NCBI GenBank assembly: GCA_028023455.1 | Contig: JAQFVV010000003.1 | Location: forward strand, 17,794,001-17,858,000 | Length of the DNA: 64,000 nt | Source: Epiperipatus broadwayi | Lineage: Eukaryota; Animalia; Onychophora | Direction: 5' to 3' | Part shown: one piece after another, positions 37,925 to 51,339 of the stretch | Layout of the letters: each line of letters begins with the position of its first letter | How positions within the stretch are numbered: position 1 is the stretch's first letter | Notes under the pieces: generated by a model | Database searches by the model: none | What the model was told of the DNA's origin: nothing | What the model saw: the letters and a program-made list of their open reading frames with translations, nothing else | Position numbers and translations under genes: made by a program

Positions 37925-38077
37925 GTATCTGTGCTAATGTGTGAGTTTGTATGTAAAATAATACCTCCATGGGATCTGTGGATATAATTTATCGATTAAC
38001 TTTGTCCACACATACTTTGGTGGCATCATTTTAAACATATCACAAACTTAGAATAATATATTACCAGAGTAATACAT
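37925..38077. mobile_element. Diverged copy of the 38478-38648 fold-back MITE
   Basis: Shares TAAAATAATACCTCCATGGGATCTG...GATTAACTTTGTCCA...TTTTAAACATATCA with the neighbouring copy. Confidence 0.7.
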
Positions 38078-38477
38078 TATAGCAGGAATAATACCAAATT
38101 ACTGGTTAAAGTTATAATTCACCAATTTTAGATAAAGTTAAAACTTAATGCTACAGTTCACCATTTAAAAACCATTTCAGGGTTCTTTTTCATTTTTTTT
38201 CCTTTTTCCATAATGAATATATATCTCCATCATTGGAAATAAGATATGTTTTTTTTTAGATTTGAAGTTTTATATTACACATGCTGGGTGTTTATGATGG
38301 CATAAGGTGCCATATTATCCTGGATGGAGAATGATGGTTTCGATGACACTTCATGCTATAAAAAAAATCTGACAACTACTTGTTTTTATTTAGTTTATAA
38401 TGTGTTTTTTCCTTCTTCCACAATGAATATATATCTCCAATTTTTTTAGATTTGAAGTTTGATATTACACCTGGTTT

Positions 38478-38648
38478 GATGTATTATTCCAGTGATGTAT
38501 TATTCTAAGTTTGTAGTATGTTTAAAATAACACCTCCATGGGATCTGCAAAAAAAAAATTATTGATTAACTTTGTCCATACATGCCTTGGAGGTGTTATT
38601 TTAAACATATCATAAGCTTAGACTAATATATCACCGGAATAATACATC
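38478..38648. mobile_element. Fold-back MITE with ~60-bp arms
   Basis: GATGTATTATTCC...ATGTTTAAAATAACACCTCCA pairs with TGGAGGTGTTATTTTAAACAT...GGAATAATACATC. Confidence 0.8.
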
Positions 38649-41454
38649 ATGACAGGAATAATACCAACATAACAAAAAAAGTTTGCAATTTATGATTGCA
38701 GAGGATATTATTTACCTTTTTTTAATACAAAGTTAAATTATTTTCTCACTTTTTATATATTTTCTTGTAATTAAAGATTGATGAAGTAGTTTTTTTAAAT
38801 TTATATGAGAGGCATATTTATATAAACATTAAATTAAACATAGATCAAAGTTTGTATGTAAATAAAGGGAGTAAATTAACCTCCTCAGGCTGATGTTTAT
38901 AAGTGTACTTTTGTCAACACTGTTGTTAATTTAAAATGAAATAATGGAATATGTCATCTAATAGTTATTCAATTAGTAATGAATTATATAAGGGATGGAG
39001 ACAGAACCCATCTTTTAATTATCACCAATATTCACAAAAATGGATTCATTCTATTCGTGATATTTTTTAGAGTGTTGTTAATTTCAAGGCCCGAGAGAGA
39101 GTGATTTATTATCTTTATTTACATATAATCAAAATTACCCTAAATTCACCACTAAACTAGACTAGCCAAAGAAAATAAACACTAAAATACAAACAATAGT
39201 TTCATTTCTAGTCCACCAAAAGTTCATGTCTGTACTAAAAATGATGTAATAATTTATCAAAAGTGAATGGTATCAGAGTTGTGATTACTAAAAATTTGAC
39301 ATCTGTAAATCAAATTGTAATATATATATTGAACGGTCTGGTTGATGATGTGGAAAGAGTTTGTCACATCTGACTATGGTCGGATCTTGGGTCTTCACTT
39401 AGGATGCAGGAAATGTAATGAAATACATGACTCATGATTACATCTATCTTCAATAGACTAACCTAAGATTTACCTATCAAATCTACATGCAATTTAAGTC
39501 AGTTCATCCACATCTCACCATTCTCTTTTGGAACCGTTGCCTGAACTCAGGAAAAATTCAGTTTGACTCTTTTAACAGGAATGTAGTTACACATACTCAT
39601 GGTCAGATCAGCTTTCCCAAGTTAGCATTTATAAATTATTCTTATCTAAGAACTTTCTATAATAGTGATATAATAATATAAGTATGTGCATATATATAGG
39701 TATGGTATTGGCTTTATAGGTGAATGCAAAGGCTTATTCAATAAATTAGAGAGACTTTATCTATTCAAATAGTGAGCGTTTAATAAAATTTATAATTACA
39801 ACATTTATTTATAAAAATAAACTCTACTTAAACAGTAAATAAACTTGAATGAATTAAGGAGATATTAAAAATATTTACAAATGTATATGAGATTATACAT
39901 ACATATTTACAATTTAAATGTCTGTAATGAGCATCTATCATATTAATGATTTCCTTAATATGAAGCTATCAACCCTTAATCCCCATGATAGCTACTCATA
40001 TTGCAGACATCTCTAATTAAAATCATACTATTAGCTTTATTACCCATGTAACTAATTACCTAAAATTAGTTTAATATTTAATATCAACATTGATTTGGCT
40101 CAAGTTGTAATGATTTACCTTGCCTATAGACCCCTCCCCCTGTCAATTATCACATAATTATAAAGAAACATCTAATATGATAGTATAGCAGATTTATTCA
40201 GGAAATTAATCATTTATACAGAAATACTTAAGTAACTATTATTAGTAAAACAAACAATAAATAACGCAACTTTGCTTTCTTAAGTGTGTGTTGTTAATGT
40301 CAAAAAAAAAATAATAATAAATTCTTACTTCCAAATTTCAAGTATATGGTCACGAACAATGGTCAAGCGTTTGGGAGGGGAAATTGAATTTACATTTTAT
40401 TTTTTAAAAAAAAAAAGAATTTGGTCTAAATTGAACCCCCCCCCTGCTCTATTCACATTCTGTTAAGTTAAATTCTCCCAAAATGTTGAATCTTAATAAT
40501 AAACATTTCCATAAGATAAGAATGAAATAATAAAAAATAATACATTCATAAAAAAATATTCATAACATGTAACATAATACAAAATAAATATATTTCAGGG
40601 ATTATTTTGGGAATTATTCATCAGGCTCGTTTCATTAAAGTTCTTCACATTTTATAGTTCATACAGTATACATGTAAACTTCTCTCTATAGCGTGAATAA
40701 TTCACTGTTGCTGTTGTGTAACGTGCTGTGGACGATTCTGCCTTGATGGACTCTGGTTTCTCCCATTGTTCTTTTAACCATTCCATACTGTATGAAGTAT
40801 GTCAGAAGCTATAAATGTAGAGATATGGCTATATACTTTCAATGGTTATGGGATTGATGCTCTACTACTCACAACAATCGATTGTTCTAGCCAGATCTCA
40901 GTGTGCTGTCTCCTTATATACTAAATTTAAGTTCAAATACTGTGTGAAGTCAAAAGAAATACTTTTTTTTAAACACAATAAAATTTGCTTGTTCTAGAGT
41001 CTAGCGTATTAGCTATATACATGCATATTCCACAGGTTTCTTTAGAAATTTGAAATGATTTCTTCTACATTCACCGACTGCTTAATTTTATCTGCATAAT
41101 TTGTTTATCTGCAAAGTCTCTAGTAGGTTTTTTGAAATACTGTGACAAATTTGTTTTACAAAGTTAAATAATAAAAAAAAAAAAGATTTCAAATGACAAA
41201 AACGCTTGTTATTATTTTTTTTCTTAAGTTGACTTTTCCATAGCAACCTTATTTTCTGTGTCTATTATTGTGTTTATTTGTGTATCACGATTATCAGTTC
41301 CTGAGGTTAAATTATGCTTTATTACTTCATTCTTATTTGAGTAGTTTAGTGTAGCTCTTGACCTTTGTTTGTTACCATGATTAGTTTGTCATAGTTTAAG
41401 TCATTGTTTAGTGCTTGTCAATGACGTAAAAATATATAACAAAATAATTAACAT

Positions 41455-41738
41455 CAGTGACTCAGTTGGTTAGAGCATTACCTTAAAATTCAAGAATCTA
41501 ATGACCCAGGTATGAATCCCATGCTAGTACTATCACTGGTCAGGCCAGCAACACCTGAAGAAGAGAGGAGAAAAATACCTCTCGAAATGTTGTGCATATC
41601 CTAACAGTTGAATGTATTTGGAATATTTAAATAAAATTAAACTTTTCTAAAGACATTCAACACACATATCAGATGATGGAATAGTCCAATATAAAAATAC
41701 AGCTGGAACACCATCATCACAAACCTTCAGGAAAACAC
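41455..41738 (+). mobile_element. tRNA-headed SINE with an internal hammerhead ribozyme motif
   Basis: A-box GACTCAGTTGGTTAGAGC and degenerate B-box GGTATGAATCC, then an HHR, then a tail shared with copies at 1.0-1.3, 43.1-43.25 and 44.2-44.3 kb. Confidence 0.8.
41552..41594 (+). ncRNA. Minimal type I hammerhead motif inside the SINE
   Basis: CAC-CTGAAGA-A-GAGAGG(AGAAAAATA)CCTCTC-GAAA-TG-TT-GTG: perfect 6-bp stem II, stem III probably CG decayed to TG, 3-bp stem I. Confidence 0.65.
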
Positions 41739-43064
41739 ATCACACATATATGTTTGTACAAATTTCTTTTAGTATTTATTTTAAATAATTTAACAGTTAA
41801 TATTCAATTTACTTAATGTATATGTGTGTGTATAAAATATAGTAATATACAGTTTCAAATTCAATTATGGAATAACTATTTAAATTATGTTTTTATAGTT
41901 ATTCACATGTATTTCTTCAAACTTTGTAAACAATATGTTAGCAACATTTTTTTTTTATCCTATCAGATATAAATTCTGATCAAAGTTTAGTTCAACATTT
42001 CCGATGGCTAAGGTCAGTGTGAGTGCGATTTCAATCTACCCTCACAATATATATCAAACAATTAATGTTCCCAATTATTATTGCAGCACAAAACAAGCAT
42101 TTCAAACTCTGTCTGTTCAATGAATCTAACTGCTAGCTTCATCAATTACACTAAAGCTCAAAATATCTATTTCACTTAGGAGTAATAACAATAGTTTCAT
42201 TTATGACTAATAGCAGCATGTTTTATTTTTAATATATTATAAAAGATTATTTTGTATGATCATTATTCAAACTGTTTAAATAAATTGCAAACAATTTTAA
42301 TAATTTGAAAATAAAATATTATCCTAAGTTAATATTAAATAAAGACACTATTATTATATATTGTATGGAATGAATATTATATCGGTTTTTAAGAAGCTTT
42401 TTTTTTTTTTTTGCCTCTATGAAATATACATCCTAAAAAACCTTATCTGTTTCTTTTATGAAGGAAAAAAATGTATTTAAGATTTAAAAGTAAAGACAAA
42501 GTAGCAAGTATAAAATGTTTTAAATGTGTTTGATAAAAGAAATACACAACAGTAACTTCATTTAAAAAAAGAACTCTATTTTGCAGGAAGATTCACAGAT
42601 TTCAAGGTCTCATTACTACAATTATTTATATTGTTGCTACCATTCACCACATAACAAAGTTACAGTGTTTATTTTTCATGCAATATTTATTTATTATATT
42701 CTTATGCATTCCATTTGAATATGGTCTTTGCAGCAAAAGTGATTTAATTTATAGCTCTATTTTATGAAAAATGATTACGATTATTGAAATATTAACAAAA
42801 TGTTTTACAAAAGTTGGCAAAAAAAAAGCCTGTTTTTTCATTAGTAATTGTAATGTTTCGCTTCATATACTCCTAAACCTCACTTAGCAATTGACTACTT
42901 AGCGATATTTCACAATAGCGATCATCATCAATTTGTACCCACTACTTCGATTTACAATCGATTATTCACTATAATGATGGGGAAAATTTTTTTAAAAAAA
43001 ATTTAGAATGTATAAACTTAAAATATATATAATTAATGAATCTATAATATTATATACTGTGCAT

Positions 43065-43250
43065 GTGCTGAATGTCTTCAGAAAAATTAAACTTTATTTA
43101 AATATAATGTACAGTACTTGGATTATTTAAATAAAGTTTAATTATTCTAAAGACATTCAACACTTATATTAGATGATGAAATAGTCCAATATATAAATAC
43201 AGTGCAGTACAACTAAAATACCATCATCACAAATTTTCAGGAAAACACTA
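43065..43250 (+). mobile_element. 5'-truncated copy of the HHR-SINE tail preceded by an inverted ~40-bp duplication
   Basis: GTGCTGAATGTCTTCAGAAAAATTAAACTTTATTTAAATA (43065-43104) is inverse to TATTTAAATAAAGTTTAATTATTCTAAAGACATTCAACAC (~43123-43163). Confidence 0.7.
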
Positions 43251-44194
43251 AATACGAATATTAAACTGCATGTGTGTCATCCTTAATTACTATGTATTAT
43301 TTTTAGAACACCTGGTAATTATGTAAAAATAGTTATTGATTTTGTAACTTTGTTAAAAATGTTGTTTATACCCAAGTGGTTTCAAATCAAAAGAAAAACA
43401 ACATTTTAAAATGCAAATGTTGAATTAGAAAAAAGTTTAAAAAAAAAACAGATTGCATTTAAAATAAGTGTTAATGAATGTTTTATTTAATATGTACTTT
43501 ATTCCTAAGTTAGTGTAATTTTTTAGCTTTAGAAACCGACCAATTCTGTATATGATATTCTTGCTTAAAGATGAGTTTTGGAGAACCAGTTGCCATCGCT
43601 AAGGGGGGTAAAGGTGTACAAGAATTCTCTACAAACCCAAAATCTCTTCATTATAAAGCATACTGTCTGTATGCTTAATATTAAATTTCATATACCACTA
43701 GAATTTAAATTTTAAAAATCGCAAATGTCCTGAGACTAGTATTGTTGGCTAATAACTTTTGGTCTTTCTAATCTTCAGTATTATTAAAAATTAATCAAAC
43801 AATTTTTAAATAAACCTATTCAAAAATAGCATTGGAATAGACTATTTTCTTAAATTAAAATGTCAAACAGTGTAATCATTTTATAAAATTATATGCAATT
43901 TTTTCAAAATTATATATTCTTTTATAAAAATCATATATGGAATTGAACTTCTATAATTTGTCACTTCTTTTTATGAGGGAGCATTTTAAGTTTCACAATA
44001 TTCAAATTTGATTATTTTGGCATAAAATTCAGATTTACTCAAAAAAATCTTTTTTTAAATTTTATGATGATTAATTCAACATGCACACAATTTCAAAAAT
44101 AAAAATTAAAAGGGGGGAAAATATGTATTAAACACCATTATTCTGGTACTTTATAAGTTTTATCTTTTTCCTGAAACTACAACTAAATTGTCAA

Positions 44195-44323
44195 GTGTTG
44201 GTGGCCTAGTGGTTAGCATAGCTGCCTTCCAAGCATTCAATACTCATATTAGATGATGGAAATAGTCCAATATATAAATACAGTACAATTAAAACAACAT
44301 CATCACAAACCTTCAGGAAAACA
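44195..44323 (+). mobile_element. Chimera: 5' half of tRNA-Gly(TCC) fused to the HHR-SINE tail
   Basis: GTGTTGGTGGCCTAGTGGTTAGCATAGCTGCCTTCCAAGCA joins directly to TTCAATACTCATATTAGATGATGG...CCTTCAGGAAAACA. Confidence 0.75.
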
Positions 44324-45239
44324 AGAGTCTCTTCAAACACTTTATGATTTATAAATCATTTTTTAAATCAACTAATTTTACAATATCATGCTTTCTTTTA
44401 TATAAACTTGATATTTTCAAATATATCTATTATTTGATGTAGTTAATTCTTCAAACCATTAGGGTTACAGTTAGTTCTGATTAGTTGATATAAATATGCA
44501 CAGAATTCCATAAAATGCTTTGCAAGTGAACTCCTAATTCTAATTACCTCACTGATATTATATTTTTATTTATTTATTGAGAGGGTATCAAAATTTCTTG
44601 TATAATTTAACATTATATTATATATATGCAAGAGATACTTTTTGCCAAATTGTCCAATTCTGATTACACTTTTTATTAAGGATGTCTTAAATGATGCAAC
44701 TTAATTATTGAGATCTTTAAAATCATACCAAGTTTATTTTTAAACTTCAACAGAACTACCTCTGTGTGCAACACATTGTTTGATCTGATTTTTGACTTCT
44801 ATATAAATACCTTGGTCCAAAATGTTGCATAGATTAAGTTTGCAATCATGATCTAAAAATGACTTTCCAATGAAAAACCTTTTGATTTGACATCATCCAA
44901 TATATACAATTGAATGGTTTGTTGCTTGAGAAATCACATAATATTCAAATATCAAAAATGATAATTTGAACTAAATTCAAGAACATTACCTATTGTTATT
45001 CTATACTACACTGAGTATCAAAACATTATAAAAAGCATATTCTGATATCCAAACTAAAGATCTCCCTTTATCAATCTACCTGACTGCAAAGTTCATTAGA
45101 GTACTACATAAAAGAAAAAAAAAGTTCAAAGGTTATTTACTATAAGTTTGCAATATGTATATAATATATATGTGCACTAATTCAGATATTATTACTACAA
45201 AAACATTCCTTGTATATATTATTTATGTTACAATGGATT

Positions 45240-45850
45240 TATCCCCAAATCTTACCAATTATAATCCCAACAGTTCAAAATCTTGACAATCAAAAATCCT
45301 ATACCTAAAATCCCGACAAGGTAATATCCCAAAAATGTAAAATATTAACAAATGAAAATTTAAATACTGCTTCAGCTTCACCTATTTATATAGAAAGTAG
45401 GTTGAAGTAAAGAAGGGTTCCCCTCTTTTCTTCCAAAACGTAAGCTTGTGGTTAAGACCTGTAGAGGTCCCTACTATTGCATTTTTACATGCATATTCTT
45501 GAGGTTACAGCCTTAGTAAATATTACTTAACTTTACTAAATAAAAAAATTTGCATTAAAAAATTGATTTTGAATCGATTTCAAATAGAAACATTCATTTT
45601 TCATCTAGTATTGTATTAAAAGTTTTCTCCCATTTTCCAAATTTTCATAAAAATCAAGAATAATATTACATGCAAGAAAGCAATTTTATTCTTAATAGAT
45701 ATGAAACAAATTATTTGTTTCAGGATTTTAGATTATCAAAAATTTGATCTGTTGGAATTTTTAGCTTCAGTTTTCACTATCAGAAATTTGAACTGTTGGC
45801 ACTTTTACTATAGAATTTTTCAATTGTCAATCTTATAATTTATGATCTAT
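45240..45850. mobile_element. Probable MITE with subterminal short tandem repeats
   Basis: Repeated AAAATCC/AATCCC motifs at the left end and complementary GGATTTT/GTTGGAATTTT motifs at the right end; boundaries approximate. Confidence 0.4.
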
Positions 45851-46773
45851 ATATTTATATTATGCTAGGCTTTTTGATAATAATGTTAAGATTAATAAAG
45901 CAACAACATTTTATTTTTCAGCTTCTCTCTGCTTTAGTGTCATCTATATTAAGCTTGAGTAATCACTCACTTTCAGATAGTAGTAAAATGCATTCTCTAT
46001 ATGAAGACCATTTTCTGATTGGTATCTTTATTAATAAAGACTTGGAACTCAAAATTGGGAGCAATACAGCTATGTATCTGTCAGTCATTTTTAATTTTTT
46101 TATATAATCAAGTTAATAATCTGAAATTAAAAAAACTTTAATATTTTGAACCCAGTTCCATTGGTTTGTACAATTACATACATCTAACACTAGATCATTA
46201 ATAATTTAATAACCTCAATTCTCTTCTGTCTGTAAGCATGTATGTTTGTTAAATTCTCTGTCTGAATAAAATTGAGTTACTGTGCACCACAATATTATGA
46301 ATGCCACCAGTGATAGTTTGTCATTTTCTGGTCATTTTCTTAATAACTTTTTTCACACATTTTAATTTTTAAAGTACTATAATGAATTTTTGAGTTGAGT
46401 ATTACATTTTTCAGACATGAGATAGAAGAAGTTGTAAGATGTTTGATCATGGATTTACACATAAAATTAATTTTATCATGGCTTCGATATAGCTACAAGG
46501 ATAATCATCTGAAATCAGGGCACGGCTGCTTGGGGTGTTGATGCTATACAAAATCAATCAAATGTAACGTTACCGGGCCGCCGCAATTTTTTTTTATAGA
46601 ACATGATTTTTTTTTGATTAAACAAATTTTTATTTCATTTATAACATGATTTCTTTTTTATTAAACAAATTTTATATTCATTTTCGTTATTTTTTTTTAA
46701 CATGACATTTTTCTTTATTCAACAAATTTTGGTAATTTAACAACTTCGGACTGTTTCACGGTGAAAAAATTTG

Positions 46774-47535
46774 TTTTAACCCTGCTGAAAAAATATAATG
46801 GTACAATTATTTGGGACTTGTTTCAACTTTGTTCTACCTTTTTTTCTTTTTTGGTTGACTAACTTGTTTTTCTTCTTCTTATTAAATCAAAAATAACTTT
46901 TGTGTTGTTGGGGGTTCAAAAATTGCTGTGAAATGCCCACCCTCGGATCAATAATTGTAACAAAAAGTCAATAATTTTTCTTTTTTTTAAACAACTTTTT
47001 TTCACTTTTTACTTTTATTTATATTTCGTTTGAATTAGCCTTTTTTTTTTTTTGGCTTCTACAATAAACAGCTTTGGGGGGGGGGGGAGGTTCGTACAGT
47101 TATTATTAACAAAAAGTCAACAAAAATAGTCATTTATTTTAACCCCACTTGTTTTAAATCCTGCTGAAAAAATATAATGCAATTCTTTGGGAATTGTTTC
47201 AATTTTTTTCTACCTTTTTTTTTTTTTTTGGTTGACTAAATTATTTTTCTTCTTATTAAATCAAAAGTAACTTTTGTGTTTTTGGGGTTACAAAATTGTT
47301 TTCAAACCCCCACCCCCACACTTGGAAAAATAATTGTAACAAAAAGTCAATAATTTCTTTTTTTTTTTCAACAACTTTTTCTCACTTTTTACTTTTATTT
47401 ATATTTAGTTTGAATTACCTTTTTTTTTTTGCCTTCTACAAGAAACTGCTTTTTTGGGGGGCTTTCATACTTTGTTATTATTAACAAAAAGTCAACAAAA
47501 ACAGTCATTTATTTTAACCGTGCTGAAAAAAGATA
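46774..47535. repeat. ~370-bp tandem repeat, about two copies plus the start of a third
   Basis: TTTTAA(C/A)(C/T)CTGCTGAAAAAATATAATG recurs at ~46774, ~47152 and (as a variant) ~47512, with colinear bodies. Confidence 0.85.
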
Positions 47536-48569
47536 ATCCAAATACTTGTCAATTTCTAATGAAATAAAAAAAAAAAAGTACACAAACTTTGGACCTTTTC
47601 AACTTATTTATTATTTTATTGCTGTAATAAAAGCAGTCTGGTATTTGAGAGGACATTATGTGCCTGAAAAAAGGATACAGTCTCCCTCACTTTCTGTATT
47701 CGGCAATTCTGAAAAGTTGAAAAATTGCATGTTCTTCTCAGACCTTTTATTGGTCTCATATATTTTCGACGCTGAAACGTGACTTAGCGCATGAGCTTTG
47801 TCGAAGCGTGTTCGAACATACCTTTTGCCAATTTTTTACATATTAACATTTTTTTAGGGAAGGGTGGGGACCATATGACAATTATTAGTAATTAACAACA
47901 TTATTTAAATATAAATGACATTACTCTATTATGGAGATTTGAAAAGTTGTACCGACTTGAAATTAAAACACCCTCAAGCAATACGATAATCAGCTATGAA
48001 TAGAACAAATACACGTAAATAGTTGCAAATCACAAAACAGGCCATAATATTTTTGTGCAAAGTCATGAGGCCAGCCACAAAAATGACATTTTTATGTGTT
48101 TTGACACATAAACAACACCATCAGGCAGCCATGCCTGGATTTCAGATGATTACCGCTACAAGTATGTATTATTTTGTAGAAAACAATTACTTGACATTTA
48201 TATTTTCTAACTTAGTTTAGAAAAAGTATTATTACTCTTACAAACCCTAAATAAAATTAATGTTTAATAAAATAGGCATTGATTTTTACAGAGAAATAAT
48301 AAAACAAAAATTATTTATTAAAAAAATATGACTTCACAATTATACATAAACATGATAGTCTTTGTTCTCAGCTGCCTGATAACTTTTAACTGAAATATCA
48401 GTTGAGTTTTCTTGTAGGCAAAATGAATGAGTGTGTTAATAAACTTTTTTTAAAATATGTATTCACAATCATGACACATAAAATTAAATCATAACCTTTA
48501 CTTCCAGGAAGTTGTAAAATCACTAGCCAAGGCAGTGGTTGGTGGCCAAAAGTGAACAGTCTTAAGAAT

Positions 48570-49270
48570 CTCCTGATTGTAAACCCAGGCTGCCATGTGA
48601 CAAACATCTTTTATTTAGGCTCTTCCAATGAGGAATCATTTTCAAATGAAGGAAGATTGCAAGAACTGGAAGAAGAACTGTCTAATATTAAAGAAGACAT
48701 TACAGGATTTTGTGAAATTAAAAAGGTTAAGAGATAATTAATTCAAAATGTGGACATGAACTGTACTATAAAGTCATAAACATTGAAACCACAAGTGAAA
48801 TAGAATTCATTATAAATAAAAAGTGGAAAACAACAGTGTGGAGAATGACGGTGTACACTAATAAAGTTAGTTATTCAACTTAATGGTAAATATCAAGTGC
48901 AGATAATTCAGATTTATAGCATGGCAAGTTCTTATTGTGATGAAAAAGTAGAGAATTTTCATATGGATGTACAAAAGGCTTTTGATCAAACCAAACAAAA
49001 TTTTCATGGGAGATTTCAATATTAGAATTGGTAACCTATTGAAAGTTGAAAGTGTTACAGGAAAACTTGGTTATGGTGATTGAAATGAGAGGATATAAAC
49101 ATGTGGAGTTCACAGAAAAAGAAAACCTTTTATGTTTTGAATTCTTTCTTTAAAAAAAATGCTAATGAGAAATGGATATGGAAGCATCCAAATGAAGATA
49201 CAGTAGAAGTGGATTACATTTTGACTAACAGAAAATATCATTGATTTATGAGATTAAGATATATGTTAGT
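48570..49270 (+). mobile_element. RTE-clade LINE, AP-endonuclease region (5' part)
   Basis: SNEGRLQELEEELSNIKEDITGFCEIK (RTE EN N-terminus), followed by remnants of later EN motifs such as MGDFNIRIG and EVDYILT. Confidence 0.85.
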
Positions 49271-51339
49271 GCAAAACTAGTGTAAAGGTAGCTTACAATC
49301 CAACCTTTGTTCAATTTTACCAACAAATCAAACTCATTTATAAAGTAAATTTAGTTAATAGGTGGTTGATCATGTATTTTCATTTTATGGAGTAAATAAA
49401 CTCATATATATATATAGAGAGAGAGAGAGATATTCAACAAATGTTTATTTTTCACTATATTAAACAAATATCCCGATAAATTAGTTTCACTTATTTATTA
49501 GAAAGATAAAAACCCTAATTAAAAAGAAATCATACGAATATATTTGTATACAAATAATGAGTCCCATGTCAATGTATTGTACTTCTTTATACAAGACAGA
49601 CTAAATAAAAATGGTAATGACCTAATGTCAAATCAGTCACTAGGTAACCAAATGCAGAAGATGAAAGCATAATTCTACTATATAATTTTATTTTACTTAC
49701 AATCAATATAATCCATGCAACAAAAAATGTGAGTATACTAGACAATAGAAGCCAGGTCCAGTATAAAAACAAATCCAGTTCATTTCCATCATCTTTTACT
49801 ATTTTCAAAGGATGCAAAAGCTGTATAACAACATCAGAAAATCAAATGTTCAAATCAAAGAATATATGGACAGCTTATTTGAATACTTCAAATTATTTGT
49901 TTGATCGTTATAATACAAATTACAAGAAATTGCAGCCGATGTTTAAACAGAAAGAATTCTAATAGATTTGTGCAGTTGGATAAAATAATTGAACTGATTT
50001 AAATAGACATTTGAAATAAAAAAGACCACTATTCTTCAAATACTGATAAAATAACAAAATAGAACGTCATCAGCATAGTTATATATAAACGATGGAATAA
50101 TTCTCTTCTTAAAAAAATTATTAAATACCAAACAGTGACTTAAGAAAATTTTAATCATTTATGAACTGCAAAACCATGTACTCCAGCTAATTTAATATTG
50201 CAGGGAGGAAGGTTGTTTAGTTAGATAATTTTTTTATTGAACAGTTTAGGTAATATCTCCCTCTGTAATGACATGACATTAGGTATTAACATCATCCTTA
50301 CTGTAAGCAATATGGAATAAGGTAAGATTTTATTTGATATTATATCTATATTAAGAAGATACACTTGCTACAGGACAGAGTTTGTATTATTTATTTGTAT
50401 ATTTTTTTGTTAACTAATGATTGTTTATATTTGTTAATTCAGTATGAATGAATAATACTCTTGCATGAATGTTCTTTCTATCAACCACAGTAAACTTGTA
50501 CATAGTCAAGGGGCTTCCCAAAGAAGATGGAATCTCTGCAGTTGGAATTAGATTACAAAGCTATTACATGCACTTCATATTATCTTGTTGAATAGTTAGT
50601 TAGCTTCGCAATCATTGTAACAATGAATTAATAATTTTTCTTTTTGTTACTCTTATCTATTTTGTAAATACATAGTGGCTTTACATAGATGTACTATGGG
50701 AAGGGTTGGAGTAATAAACATATTTAATCATTAATATGGTAGGGATACATACTTAACACACACGTGTATACTTATTTTTTTATGCTAAAAGAGTTTATGA
50801 ATTTTTTTATTTTGTTGGTTAATAAACATTGTTAACTTGATTTTCATTAAATGCTCTCCAATTTATAAAAGTTATTTATCCATTTGTTCATCAATTCATA
50901 ATCAGATATACATGTGTACACACACATACTTTGTGTTACATCATAATATAATATAGTTAGATGAGTCTTCCACTCAATTGAAACTTATATAGAGATATTG
51001 TGATTGCTATCCAAGGTAAATACACTCCTGAAGGGAACAGAGTACAACATTCTCCCTTGGTTTGAATTCTGAGGCGTGTGGAATTTGAAAGAGGGGTGAT
51101 GTATCGATGAACTAGCCTAAATTGTGTCTGAATTTAATGTGTAAACCTAGAGATAGCCCATTAGAGGTAGACCTGATCATTGATTAGGTACTTCATTGCA
51201 TCATTCATGGCATCCTACCTGAAGACCCTACGTCCAACCATACTTAGATCCGCCACCCCTCTTCTGGTGGAAAACATGGACCATCACATTTTTGAACAGC
51301 AACTGTGGGGTGACAGATCCTAGATTCCATTACACTAGA

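Noticed and set aside
40585-40635. Minus-strand CTGATGA...GAAA-TATA-TT
   Set aside because: Stems I and II do not pair.
41060-41160. Candidate NICN1 exon 1
   Set aside because: The frame that would give a matching end has an upstream stop and a weak donor, and no VIDxxFP-like motif is present.
48490-48600. HDV-like ribozyme at the RTE 5' end
   Set aside because: Expected from RTE biology, but I could not build the nested double pseudoknot from this decayed sequence.
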